Source: Basidiobolus meristosporus CBS 931.73 (lineage: Eukaryota > Fungi > Basidiobolomycota). Taken from it: a stretch of DNA of 64,000 nucleotides. Below are positions 38,162 through 50,620 of the stretch, piece after piece (the stretch's first letter is position 1; each line of letters starts with the position of its first letter). The stretch covers positions 85,992-149,991 of the forward strand of contig MCFE01000158.1 in assembly GCA_002104905.1 (NCBI GenBank), written 5' to 3'. The notes below the pieces were generated by a model. The model saw nothing but the letters and a program-made list of their open reading frames with translations, was not told the origin of the DNA and did not search any database. A program made the position numbers and the translations under genes.

Positions 38162-39875
38162 CTATACCTCAGCCTGTGCCGGGGTAGGCATTTGTTGTCC
38201 ACGGCCTCTGCCTCGACGGTGACCTCGGTTTCCTAACACATCAACATTGGTTAAGGCGCTCGCAAAGCCCGAAATTAATCTGTTCGACGGTTTACCTCGG
38301 GATTGCCCCTTTCCTCGAGTGGGATGCTCGCCATTTGTGTTCGAACCATCTTGACCTTGACCTTGACCTTGGCCTGGGCCTCGACCTCCACGACCGCGAC
38401 CACGACCACGATTTCCCCCGCGGCGATTCTCATCCGAGGTGCTTTGTCCAGGTGGGGTTGTGCCGTTGCCATTGCGCTTACCACGATACCCTCCACGATG
38501 CCCCCCGCGGTGCTTGTGTTCCTTTGAAGGATTTCGCTTCCGGGTCGACTCGGTGTCCGGTTGGTCGGCGATGTCCTGCAGGGTGTCGTTTCCTTCTTGG
38601 GGCTCTTCACTTGTTAACGAGACGGCGGTTCCGTTCACGGACGAATCATGCGTGTCGTCCTGCTCCAGAGGTTCCTCTAATGTGACGGGTTAGTGGGAAG
38701 AATCGAAGCCGTCACCGATCCCTGTTTACCCAATATCTCCGAGGTGGACATGAAGCGGATCCCACCCGGCGGAACAATCACCTCGTGAATTACAACTTCA
38801 AGTAAAAGAGTAAGTATGTTGCGCGATCACAGCCAGTTTTCGGGATGTTTACCGGTGTCGTCGCCGTCGTAGTGTACAAGCTCCTGGTTGTCTGAAGCGA
38901 ACTCGATCGCGTGTGATTCCTCAACCTCCTCTACCGGAGTTGGATCCGCGTCCCTCGGTGGACCGATTGATCTCGTCAGCGCCGACGCAACATCCTGATC
39001 TATAGTGAGGCTTGTTAAGGGGAGATACGAGCAAAACGATCACCACTGCGGGTGGATCTTGAGTTGGAAGGATACAGCAGACTCCATGAATGCCGGGGAT
39101 CTCCTCTTCCGAGCCGTTGGCCAACTTCTTAAGTGACTCGTACACATCTTTCTGGGCCCCTGCTTTATCGTCGGTGGAAAATTGGGCGACGACGATCTCC
39201 TTGAATGCTGACAACACTCTTGCGTCCGGCTCTGGGACCTCCTCACGCGTACACCATCCGTGGAACAGCCCCACACAGTGGAAAACCACGCCGGCCGCCG
39301 AATTCTAAATGCAACCAGGAGTGAGAAATCGGGCACGAAAGGAGCAAGATCTCGATTTCCAAGCAACCTCAGCCTCCTCGGCCATCCTTCTGGCTGCCCT
39401 CCTTGACTGGCGCTCCTGCTCTTTGGCTCGGGCAATGTGCGCTTTGGTTTCCTGTCTCGAAACGTGAATAAACCAGCCGGTCGAGGGGATTCATTTGCAA
39501 CGGTTCACTGTCAGCTAACCTCGGAGTCAACAGTGGTGAACTGCTTGACCATGTCCTCCAGCTCTCTGATGGCGGAAGAGACCTCATCTCTTTTCTCCCA
39601 AGCCTGGATCTGGTCGGAGTTGAGCTCCACCTTCCCTTCCGAGCTTGTGCCGATCACCTCGGCGTACCTTTCTATCTTACTCTGTCGGAAAATAAGGTCA
39701 GTTCCACTGGATAGGGGAAGAAGGGGTGTCCAGGCAAACACTCTACCCATCTCTTTTTCAGCGTACGAAGTCGTCTCAATATCAACTCGACGTAGGGATT
39801 TTCATGTTTGGCTATGCTGGCAACATCTTTCGTGGCAGAATTGGCGGGTTCGTTATGGGGTTTGAGTTCAGACAT
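38162..39875 (-). CDS. Caprin-1-like helical domain plus RGG-rich tail, multi-exon
   Basis: ILRRLRTLKKR/SKIERY..LNSDQ...WEKRDEV...IRELEDMVKQF resembles the Caprin HR1 motif. The last exon is rich in RGG/RGRG. Confidence 0.6.
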
Positions 39876-39989
39876 GGTAAGGTAGCTTGGACGTGTACTC
39901 TAATGGGGGGGCTATGCTATTTTATCGGTGTATACGACAGTGTATTCGTATGGTTGTGTGGAGGTGGCTGGAAAAGGTAGTACGAAATT

Positions 39990-40090
39990 CATGCTAACTT
40001 AAGCATACTATTGCCCAACTTCTCGGGATCATGCTAACTTGAGCAAATCATTGCCCAACTTCTAAGGACCATGCTAAATTAAGCAACTTT
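39990..40090. repeat. 40-bp tandem repeat, about 2.5 copies
   Basis: CATGCTAACTT.AGCA.A..ATTGCCCAACTTCT units start at 39990, 40030 and 40070. Confidence 0.8.
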
Positions 40091-40379
40091 ACCGTAAACT
40101 GGGTTGATCGCAACGAGGTTTTGGGAGGGGAAAAGCAGCGCAAGTTTATTCTATGTTTCTAGGGGGATGTGAGAGGAGGGATAAAATACAGGAAAGTTCT
40201 ATCTATTTTAGTTGCATGGCGAGGTTAAAGGTTCTCAGGCCGTTCTTGGTCACCAAGCACAGCTCGCTGGAACCATGAATAAACATGATCCTTTTCACCT
40301 CGCTAGTCAACCCTGAAATACTGATGCAGGCCGAGTTGATAATCTCCACCGATTCTTCTCGAAAGGCCAATAGCACAAG

Positions 40380-41119
40380 CTATACGTTTGAATGCAGGGA
40401 TTTAATACGCTTCACAGCGACCGATTTCCAAGCCAAACTGCTTACCTCACTACACACATGGGAGTATACCGCCAAGATGTTCTGCACGAAGTTTAGTCCA
40501 ACGAGGTCGAACATATTCCCAAGGCAGAATTTTGGACATTTCTGGCCGATTGTCGAAGCAAGTGCTGATGCGAACTCCACATATATCTCGGTTTGCTGTT
40601 TAGTATGGTCGCAAATCACGACGATCATGCGGCGGTCTTTCAGCTGGAAGACGCCCAAAATCCTCTGGGTCTGAACGTTGATGTTCAGTGCTAGATAGAA
40701 GTAGTTGGCCTCGGTTACCTCGGCGGATTCGCCCACGTTCCGTTTACACAAGAGTAACTTCGGTACCGGATAGACATCCACGTTGAAGAACTCCACCAGC
40801 ACCTCTACACAATGGGAGATTCAGTTTCACTGGAAGGCCGAGAAAAACAAGGGGAACAACCTTCGTTCTCCAGATTAGCGTCGGTCCCGGCGTCAGGGGG
40901 TGCCATGGATATGCTGTCAAATCGCGTGCGTAGTGGGGAGTTTACCCCCGAAGGTTCGCTGACCACCTTGTGCTCCGCCACCCTCTGAGCACTCATGTTG
41001 CTCGAAACACCATGATTACTCTCGGCAAACGATGGATAGGAATTCTCCACATAGGGCATCTCGACGTTCTTGACTCGAAAATTTGGCGCCTTGTGTATAT
41101 ATATGCGCGATGTAGTCAT
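40380..41119 (-). CDS. Hypothetical protein, probably 2 exons
   Basis: ORFs 40805-41119 and 40380-40802 can be joined by a GT-AG intron (GTTGTT...TGTGTAG). No family recognised. Confidence 0.45.
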
Positions 41120-41167
41120 TGTTGATTGGCTAGGGCAAGGGAATTTATTGGCTTACAAAATCAAGGC

Positions 41168-44008
41168 TCACATGAACAAATACACCAAGGAGCCCACAAA
41201 CTTGACAAGGGAGAGCATGGCGACCGCCCAGAAAATGAAGGTCAGATAGAAGTGCTTCTGATCCACTACTCTGGGGGTGGTCAGGTTGAACCAGGAGCTT
41301 GTCTCGATCGCCTGGAACACCAGGATCAACACCACATTCGAGAAGATCCACGACAAGACAGTGCGAGTGCGAAACAGCCGGTAGTAGTCCTCTCTCTTGG
41401 TTTTGGCGTCGCGTTTGGCCTTTTCGGCCTTGGTGGGCACCGACAGGTCCTTCACCGTCTCCTCGTAAATCGCGTTGATATCCTGTCGCTGGCTGGGCAC
41501 CGCCAGGGCTGCCACCTCTTTTCCTTGCTTGGTGGTCTGGACCATGACCTTGCCGAGATCACCCGCCGAGCCGTTGTCCCCTTTCGTGCCCCAAGAAACA
41601 TCGTGAGTGTTGCAGAAAGCATACACCATCAGGATGTTCACGTAGGAGGGAAAGATGAACAAGTACTGCACGAACGAGGTGACCATGTGCCACGGGTCCA
41701 GATACAAAATCGAGGAGACGAGATACAGCCCGTATGTCGAGGCCAGCGCGATCAGGATGTTCATGCTCTCCTTGGCGAACGGGTGGGCCAGCAGCTTGCG
41801 GACGTTGTTGGGATCGGAGAAATACATGTAGAGGCTGAATCCCACCGTGTACATCATGATCCCCATGATGAACGCGAAGATGAACACGCACAGCAGATAG
41901 ACCGCTTTGGAGCCCTGAGGCCGGTTGCCCAGCGACAGAACGAACTGAACAATGATCCCCAGCAAAAAGATTTGTCTGGCGATCGGATACACGATCCACG
42001 AATATCCATGGAATGGGTCAGGGTTGTAGGGATCGTAGTCGTGGCTGACGGAGCCATCCGGGTTCTTGGGCATCGCTGCATCGGACAAGAAATAGAACGT
42101 CAGGTAGAAGTTCCCCTAACGGAATGAACCGGGGTTAAGACCAGACTGACATGCCCCCCACATTGCACTACTTACCAAGGTGAACCAGCTGAAGAACAGG
42201 GAAATGATGTTGTAGATGAATTGAATAAAGAACAGAAACTTGCGGCATGTGCTGTGCTCAGTCCCGTAGATTTTCATCCAGTGCGCGGTGGCGAAGAATG
42301 CCGCGAACAGCGAACCATTGAGCCAGCGTCTGCGCTGGGATATAAACTCGGACCAGTTGTCAGGGACATCGGTCTCTGCCTTGGCGGCCTTGATAACCAT
42401 TAGCAATCGATATCGAGGCGGCATCGACAATCGAATGTTGGGCCTACCTTCACATATTTCAATACCCATCTGGAGTTTTTCTTGGCCACCAGTTCAAAGC
42501 ATAGTATCCGATCTTCGGCCAGATACATGTTCGCCTCAAATATCCCGCCTGTTGCATCTTCGCCGTGCATGGTTTCCCCTTTGAAGTAGGAAGCTAGCGG
42601 CCCTTCATTTGAGGCGGTGTTCTTCAACGCGGTATAGCGGTACGCGGAGAAAGCGCCGGGCAACACGCTAATATAGCCAAACACACTCTCCAATGGTTTG
42701 TCCAGGATGTTGCTCATCTTGTATTCGAAGTTCTGCGCGGCAACCAGCGGGTTCAGCAGACTTTTGCCTGCGATGCCTAATTCAGCGCAGATCTCTCCAC
42801 ACGCACCACCAACATGTGGGTTGCTGTGGAAAGCTAGTAAGGGTTAGCCATGATCAAGCCAATATCAGGTGCTGTGACCGCTCACCTTTCCACAAATGAT
42901 AGATCGAGGTGTTATGGGGCCTGGTGCCGACATCCAAGAGGATGCAGACGTTGGGATTTAGCAACGGGGAAAATCCATTGAAGAACCAGCGGTGGGAGTT
43001 GAGCTTCTTCTTGTTCTCCTCCTTGAGACAGAACAGGATTTGTGTAGGCATGTAGCTCTTGGCCTGGGATTTCTTGGTGATAGGCTGTACCTGCAAGTTC
43101 TTGTCGATGTAGAGTTGCGTGGTATACTCGTACAGATGGGCGGTGACGCCCTTTCCGTTAACTGAGCTCTGGGCTATCCCATCCTGGTAGACTCCCATGG
43201 CACTCAGTACTTTGAGCACTCGGGGATGAACTTTGGTACGCCCGTCCGCAACGATGCACACCACCACCTTGGTCCACCCCTCTTTCCCCCATACACCATT
43301 CCGATCCTTGCTGCACAGGTGTCGAATATTTTTGATAACTCCGCTGAACGTTTTGATGAATAGGTTCTCATCCTCGTTGTACATGGTCATCACTATAAAG
43401 ATCTCCACAGGCCGACCATAGAGAACCTGGCGTAAGGTATACTTCGAGAACGTGAATTGGTCGGGCTCACAAGTAACTGCTGTGTATCGCATATGGGTGA
43501 ACTCCCTCTGTTCTTTATGTATTGCGGAGGCCAAAACCTTGTCCGGCACTGGGCAATCTAGTACCAAGTTACCACTGGTCAATTCGATGTGCTTGAGGCC
43601 ACGGTGATGATCTTCTACCTGCGATTGAAGCTGGTAAGGATTAACTGCCCACGGGAAGCTATCTTGATGGTGCAGCCGCCTTCGTGGATTCTCTGGCTCT
43701 GGCGGCGTCTGGAAAGGAAGCGTTGGATAGAATTCAGGATAGCCAGGATTTCCTGGGCTCCCAAATAGCTCGTGAGCAGAAAACTCTTGCGGATAAGTGA
43801 ACCGGGGGTCGATGGGGGGCTCCGGGGGATAATAGTACGGTTGCGGATACATTTCATGTGGAGCAGGGTAGGGATATCCAGGCTGTGGATAGGGCAGTAC
43901 GCCAAGATTGCTACGTTCATCCGACGGAATGGGATACTGTGAAGAGTCTTCTGAGTAACTGTGTTGAACATTCGGAGGAATCGAGTCATTATTATAAGGT
44001 CTGTACAT
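41168..44008 (-). CDS. chs: Division-1 chitin synthase (GT2), multi-exon
   Basis: [46 protein letters not shown] and HDVSWGTKG motifs, plus a C-terminal TM region. Confidence 0.97.
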
Positions 44009-44923
44009 TTTTTGGCTGGAATTCAATATAAATCGATCATGAACTATAATAAAAAGGTGGGATTAAGAGGACAGAGAAAGAAAGCCCAAGGTTGGTGAAA
44101 GTGCGAAGGAAAAGTGGAGATGGTCATTCGAAACTAGGAGATTTATTGAGCTAATGTATGTACTCCTCCGGGGAATATTGCCAGTTGTTAATAACCTTAA
44201 TTTTCCTTTTCTGGATGTTGTTTCTCATTTAGGAGTATTTAAGGGGTGGTCTTTAATTCTTGAACCCGTTGACCGTTGTTCATTAGTGCTACTGAGACTT
44301 GGTCCGTACAAAGTGAGGTATCTTTGTTCAATTGAGTTAGGCTGGTTTTGGATGGGTCAGACAGTAGTTTAGGTTGACAAATAGTTGGAAGTGGTTCCGT
44401 TTTTGCTTTACTACGACATTGTACCGGTTTTGCTTCGATTTGATTAACATCGCAATCTCTCACCTCGATCTTTTTTTTTTCGATCTCGTTTGTTTTTCAA
44501 CCTTCCGAAATCACTGGAATCCCACAAATCCCCACAGCGACCACAATCAAACAAATACGAATTGATTTCTCTGTTGATTCTTCACTTACATACAGATCCG
44601 CTTACCATAAGCTAACCTTTGCATCTATGGTTTGTTTGCAAATGGCGCGGACCGAGATGAACAACTGAATTATAATACATCTTGTTTGGTTTCCTTCGGG
44701 TTATCGACATAAACTTGATGTTTCGCTTTTTCAGGACATACCTTGTATTAATATTCAAATTTGTTTATTGAAGCATTATGATGCTATCATAAATTTTTCG
44801 AAACTAAAATTATCATGACATTCTATTTTGCAAGCCAAATTCAATCTGGGTGGTTTTAGCGTTCTATGGTATATCTAAGAGGGGTATGCATAGGTTGGTG
44901 TATAGGCTCAGAAATTGATTTTT

Positions 44924-45457
44924 CTACTCGTGCCAAATGAAGGATACTCCTTCCCCAGGCCAGAAGTTGACATAAGTGGTCACATATGGACCACCATATC
45001 CGTTGATGTAGTAGTTCCAGTCACTGGTGTACACACTTCCGTCGTCATTGATGCTCTCCACCACTGCGACATGTCCGTACTCGTCACAGCCTTGGTAGCC
45101 TGGCTGGATGGCAATGATTGAGGGGACGCGGGGCTCATCAGATACAACCCATCCTGGGGTGTTCATGGCACTCTCCGGCCAGGTCTTGGCATTGCCCCAC
45201 CACTGAGTGTGGTAGCAGGTGAGTTGGTAGTAGCGAGCATCGGCCCAGTCGGTACACTGACCATTGTCGAAGCGGAACTGGAGAGGACATTCATTGTAGA
45301 GCTCACTAAGCACAGTGAGGTTGTCTTGTACGTCAGCGGGCTTGGTGCAGTTAGATGGGCTCTGAGTGGCAGCAGCAGGCAATGCGTGAATACCGGAGCT
45401 CAAGAAGCTAGTTGTGGCCAAGACGGCAGCAGAAAAAAGCGAGGCGATTCTGACCAT
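44924..45457 (-). CDS. Secreted CHAP-domain amidase/peptidase, copy 1
   Basis: Signal peptide, GQCT (Cys68), WGNA..W, GHVAVVE (His129), SDWN. Intronless, with upstream TATAAAT at 45511-45517. Confidence 0.92.
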   Translation of the reverse strand: MVRIASLFSAAVLATTSFLSSGIHALPAAATQSPSNCTKPADVQDNLTVLSELYNECPLQFRFDNGQCTDWADARYYQLTCYHTQWWGNAKTWPESAMNTPGWVVSDEPRVPSIIAIQPGYQGCDEYGHVAVVESINDDGSVYTSDWNYYINGYGGPYVTTYVNFWPGEGVSFIWHE

Positions 45458-46013
45458 TGTTTGTAAGTGAGGAGACTTGAAGATGTCGAATTAGCCACCA
45501 GTCGGTTCTTATTTATACATGGATTTTCACCAGAAAATGAGGTTGTCAAGCTCAATCCAACGGTCATTGGATCGAAATCTACTTACCTAATTTAACCTAG
45601 TACTTCTGGATACCTGCCAAAGAAGGACGGCTTGTTTACTAATATATTCCTCAGATTTCTGGATTGAATCTGGACTGTATTTCCCAAATGTAGTAATTAC
45701 TACTTCTGATCGTAAAATAAGATATTACATGAATATCATCCGCATTCTTGTTGATTCCTTGATCGGTAAAAAAGATAATAAATGATTTGTTTTTCTTGCT
45801 ACAATGCTTTACCTTTATATCATCAAGTTCAGTTCAAATTTTATACATTGGATGTCACTTTTGTTTGCTCGTCGGACGTTTACGAGGAGATTCAAAATAA
45901 ATCAATAGGCTTATAGATATTTTTATTTTTATATGCAAATTGGGTTTGTATGGTATCAAAGCTTTTCAATTTCACGGTATTTTAAGTGGTATTTTCAAGA
46001 TAAATTGACTATT

Positions 46014-46547
46014 CTATTCATGCCAAATGAAGGATACTCCTTCCCCAGGCCAGAAGTTGACATAAGTGGTCACATATGGACCACCATATCCGTTGACGTA
46101 GTAGTTCCAGTCACTGGTGTACACACTTCCGTCGTCATTGATGCTCTCCACCACTGCGACATGTCCGTACTCATCACAGCCTTGGTAGCCTGGCTGGATG
46201 GCAATGATTGAGGGGACGCGGGGCTCATCAGATACAACCCATCCTGGGGTGTTCATAGCACTCTCCGGCCAGGTCTTAGCATTTCCCCACCACTGAGTGT
46301 GGTAGCAGGTGAGTTGGTAGTAGCGAGCATCTGCCCAGTCGGTACACTGACCATTGTCGAAGCGGAACTGAAGAGGACATTCATTGTAGAGCTCACTGAG
46401 CACAGTGAGGTTGTCTTGTACGTCAGCGGGCTTGGTGCAGTTAGATGGGCTCTGAGTGGCAGCAGCAGGCAATGCGAGGATACCGGAGCTCAAGAAGCTA
46501 GTTGTGGCCAAGACGGCAGCAGAGAAAAGCGAGGCGATTCTGACCAT
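46014..46547 (-). CDS. Secreted CHAP-domain amidase/peptidase, copy 2
   Basis: Differs from copy 1 only at H24L and I151V. TATAAAT at 46601-46607. Confidence 0.92.
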   Translation of the reverse strand: MVRIASLFSAAVLATTSFLSSGILALPAAATQSPSNCTKPADVQDNLTVLSELYNECPLQFRFDNGQCTDWADARYYQLTCYHTQWWGNAKTWPESAMNTPGWVVSDEPRVPSIIAIQPGYQGCDEYGHVAVVESINDDGSVYTSDWNYYVNGYGGPYVTTYVNFWPGEGVSFIWHE

Positions 46548-47139
46548 TGTTTGTAAGTGAGGAGACTTGAAGATGTCGAATTAGCCACCAGTCGGTTCTT
46601 ATTTATACATGGATTTTCACCAGAAAATGAGGTTGTCAAGCTCAATCCAACATCTATTGGATCGAAATCGACATCCCAAATACGGGCTAGTGTTCATGGG
46701 CTCCAACCATTCTAAGGAATCTATCAGATGCCTGGGATTTCTTTTGTTAGATTTCAAGAATGACAATCACTTATAATAAAGGATATTGATAGGACAGCCT
46801 TTTTGCCACAATTCTTACGATACTTTTTGAGATAAGCCGATTCAAATCGGTAAGTAGTGGGTGGAGTTATATTTATCAGTTGGGTTTAGTTGATGCTTGT
46901 AATAATTATGGTGTAGTTCTCTTAAAGGTATGCCATTTTGAGTTAATCATCTGGACACTGATCGTTGAATAAGTAATACTTAGTATTGGTACTTTATATT
47001 GATCCAAAAACACAATGAAAGTTTCGATTCAAAGATTTTATTGGTATATGTACGATTTTATCTAAATGGTATTTGCACTCAGTTGGGTATCAAAGAAAGG
47101 TGTGTATAGGTTGGTGCATAGATTCAGAAAATGATTTTT

Positions 47140-47673
47140 CTACTCGTGCCAGATGAAGGATACTCCTTCCCCGGGCCAGAAGTTGACATAAGTGGTCACA
47201 TATGGACCACCATATCCGTTGACGTAGTAGTTCCAGTCGCTGGTGTACACACTTCCGTCGTCATTGATGCTTTCCACCACTGCGACATGTCCGTACTCAT
47301 CACAGCCTTGGTAGCCTGGCTGGATGGCAATGATTGAGGGGACGCGGGGCTCATCAGATACAACCCATCCTGGGGTGTTCATAGCACTCTCCGGCCAGGT
47401 CTTGGCATTGCCCCACCACTGAGTGTGGTAGCAGGTGAGTTGGTAGTAGCGAGCATCTGCCCAGTCGGTACACTGACCATTGTCGAAGCGGAACTGGAGA
47501 GGACATTCATTGTAGAGCTCACTGAGCACGGTGAGGTTGTCTTGTACGTCAGCGGGCTTGGTGCAGTTAGATGGGCTCTGAGTGGCAGCAGCAGGCAATG
47601 CGAGGATACCGGAGCTCAAGAAGCTAGTTGTGGCCAAGACGGCAGCAGAGAAAAGCGAGCCGAATTTAACCAT
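47140..47673 (-). CDS. Secreted CHAP-domain amidase/peptidase, copy 3
   Basis: Differs from copy 2 only at residues 3-5. TATAAAT at 47722-47728. Confidence 0.92.
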   Translation of the reverse strand: MVKFGSLFSAAVLATTSFLSSGILALPAAATQSPSNCTKPADVQDNLTVLSELYNECPLQFRFDNGQCTDWADARYYQLTCYHTQWWGNAKTWPESAMNTPGWVVSDEPRVPSIIAIQPGYQGCDEYGHVAVVESINDDGSVYTSDWNYYVNGYGGPYVTTYVNFWPGEGVSFIWHE

Positions 47674-49041
47674 TTTGTTGTGTGGATTTTTAGATGCTGA
47701 TCAGGTGCCACATTGAACAGTATTTATACCACATCTAACATATCATACGGTTTCCATAAATCCAATCCCCTACCAGAATCAGCTCCATGTTTCAGGACTG
47801 CGTACAAATTTAGAATGTCAATCCTGGTATTCTCTAGTTCGGAGCTCATGACCGTCGTTACCATATATGGAGCCTAACGTTACAACACTTTCCAATCTTG
47901 ATGGAGCCTAGCCTTTGGTAGTTAGCAAACGATAACGACACTAAAATGAGAAGCTATTGAATTGCTAATATCCAATCACAATAAAAGCCTGTGCTCAGGG
48001 AAAATTTGGCTATATGTGATGATCTATTGGTTCAATAGTGGATCTTACCAATTGACTACGGCAAGGGTCACTACAAAGAATAGTGGCACTATAGAATAAA
48101 ACAGTATTTCCTAAGGATGTTCGTAAACATTCATAACCACAAAAGGGAAGAAAAGAAAAGTTTCAATCAATAGAGTCAGGCCCTATCAAACTCTTATTCA
48201 AAGCTTCCTACCTGGAGAGCACTAATAGTCCCAAGTCTGCCCGCTCAAGGAATGCGTCACAAGGTTCATCGTAATTCGGTAAATATGACAAAGGTAGGGC
48301 TGTTTTCGAACCTTTTGTACCAATGTTTATTTAGGCGTGGTATCGCCTCGAACGATAGGTTGTCACGATGCAATCTAGATTCATGATCTGACTCAGGAAA
48401 TTTCCGCATCTGAAAGATAGCGCAGAACGTGGAAAAACCTCGAAAGTGATGGTATAGTCTTTATGAGCTCTGTAGAATGTTATCAGTTCGATAACGTAGT
48501 ATTCTTCCGAAACTCTTCAAATATAGAATATATAGCGCTAATATAAGATTTGATAACATTTACTTCCAAGCTAAGCCACACAGAAGGGGAATACTGTTCG
48601 TGTAGCTATCTGCCAAACATTTCAGCCAGAGTACCTGTTATTTGTTGCAACCTTCGTCGCCACTATTGCTTTATTCCTTTCCTTTGGCTTTTTTCCATCA
48701 TCACGATTCTTCGTTTTTTGTAAAGAAACTATACGATTCACGGGATCGGTGCTATGACCTAAGCAACAAACTATCCTCTACTCCTGGCTCAAAGCAGAAG
48801 CTTCTTTAATACCGCTTTTTCATGATATCTGCAGTAATGAATTTCAATACATGAAGTGCGTAGTAATGTCTTGAGTAATCTGCATGTGTCGTCTTTGTGG
48901 CTCCTGATATGCAAAAGCAGGCGCTGTAAGTGTAATCACAATATTCATCATATTTATTATTAAAATTGACATGTCAAAGTATTGCTCACTAAGCTACCGA
49001 GTTATCTTTGGACAAAGGTTCATTATTTTTCGAGAAGTAAA

Positions 49042-49446
49042 TTAGCATCGATTGACTGTCAATTGACCCTTGCTAACATCGTTGACGTTGGGGAAATCGA
49101 CTGGGACACTACCGCACTGGTTGCAACCATGGTCGGCTAAGAAGCCAAGAAGTTGACAGGCCTTCCACTTGGGAATAGTGCGGTCTCCCATATTCTGAGT
49201 GAAAGCACAGAAGTTACGGCGAACAGGGAAGTTGGTGATCTGCTCGTTGACGGTGATGATGTGTTGGCCGTTGCTGAATTGCTGATTTTGATCACCGCCG
49301 CATAACTGTCTCATTTCAGCGATGACATGCCCGAAGTTGCCAACAAAGTTACAGTCACTTGAACCTCTGCAGTTGATACCGAGCCCATTTGTGGTACCAA
49401 TCGAGAGAGCGAAGATGGCAGCAGCTGTAGCAATTGATTGTTTCAT
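49042..49446 (-). CDS. KP4-family killer-toxin-like secreted protein, 134 aa
   Basis: Signal peptide MKQSIATAAAIFALSIGTTNG, then LGINCRGSS..C, HGC..CGSVP and NDVSKGQLTVN, matching the Ustilago KP4 signature. Intronless. Confidence 0.93.
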   Translation of the reverse strand: MKQSIATAAAIFALSIGTTNGLGINCRGSSDCNFVGNFGHVIAEMRQLCGGDQNQQFSNGQHIITVNEQITNFPVRRNFCAFTQNMGDRTIPKWKACQLLGFLADHGCNQCGSVPVDFPNVNDVSKGQLTVNRC

Positions 49447-50620
49447 GATTCGGACCGAAAGTAAAATGCGGCTTTGAGCAATGCTTTGGACAATGTCTGT
49501 TGTTGCCATTTATACTGTTGCTTGTTTGAGACCATGCTGGGACACAACCCCCGCTTCCGCACTGCTTATCACAGGGGACAAGTTTTTTTGCCCCATCCTC
49601 CTGTTGTGCTATATTACTAAATGCCCTGTGGTACCCTGTGGCCTGTTTATGCTGTATCCAGTCTACTGTGCCGTTCACCTGCTTTATCAATCAAAGCTTG
49701 TTGCCAAATGGTTATTGTTGGGAATGATAGCTTCACCACTGCCGCGTGGAGATTTCTGCTAATAGCCCAAAAGGTGGAGCATTGATGCTTACTATATTTT
49801 TTCCCTTTTTTTCTAAATCCAGCAACTCTAGAGGTGTGACAATCACAAATGAAAAACAACCCAATGTGGTCTCCAAATTCGCTATTCGAGGCTATTTTCC
49901 CGAAACTTATTAATCGTCAATGAGTACCAGTACGCTCTTACCATCGGCCCGAGAAAGGTTTTTTGAACTATAATTCCACTTTTACCTCATAGCGATATCC
50001 TCTCATCAATTCAGGGTAATGGAAAGAGTGTGAGCAAGCCTTGCTAGTCACATCAAGTTATTCGCTTGGCTTAGTAGCAAACAGTCAACGCGAAACAGAG
50101 GTTCTCAAAGACACAGCCAATGTCTTAGGTTTCTCAGTATAAAGTACATCAATTGCCTCATCATCCGATATTCCTAGTAATTGCATTGTAAGTTATGGTG
50201 TCCACCTTTGCGTACTTGCACAGGTGATTATATTATGGGAAGAGCGGTTGTTTCTTCCAAGTTGACCGGTACAACATACTAACCTGTCAACCTAATCTTT
50301 TTGGCAATTGTCCCCACAGGTTGCATCAAAGCGCAACACCAAAAGCATATTGAGTAAGGATTGCCTGATGGGAGAAGTTACCACGTTTCAACATTCGACT
50401 ATTATGGCTGGGATTTGCTCCAATTTTATAGCGCATAAAAGATTGCTTTTGCGATTTGAGCATTCGACCCACCGAAGTAGGAATAGATATGCACACGATA
50501 ATTGACCATTCCTTTCCTGGTGCCGCTTGTGACTAGTTTGGAAGTGGGATGCCAAAAGTACCAAATCAGCATTTCTTCTAATACCTCATTGGTCAAGAAT
50601 GGAGGAAAGCTAACGAGAAA

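Noticed and set aside
39990-40090. CRISPR-like array
   Set aside because: The units are contiguous tandem copies without unique spacers, there are no cas genes, and the context is eukaryotic.
44924-47673. CHAP genes as bacterial contamination
   Set aside because: They have TATA boxes, ER signal peptides and glycosylation sequons, show no operon or RBS structure, and are contiguous with intron-containing genes.
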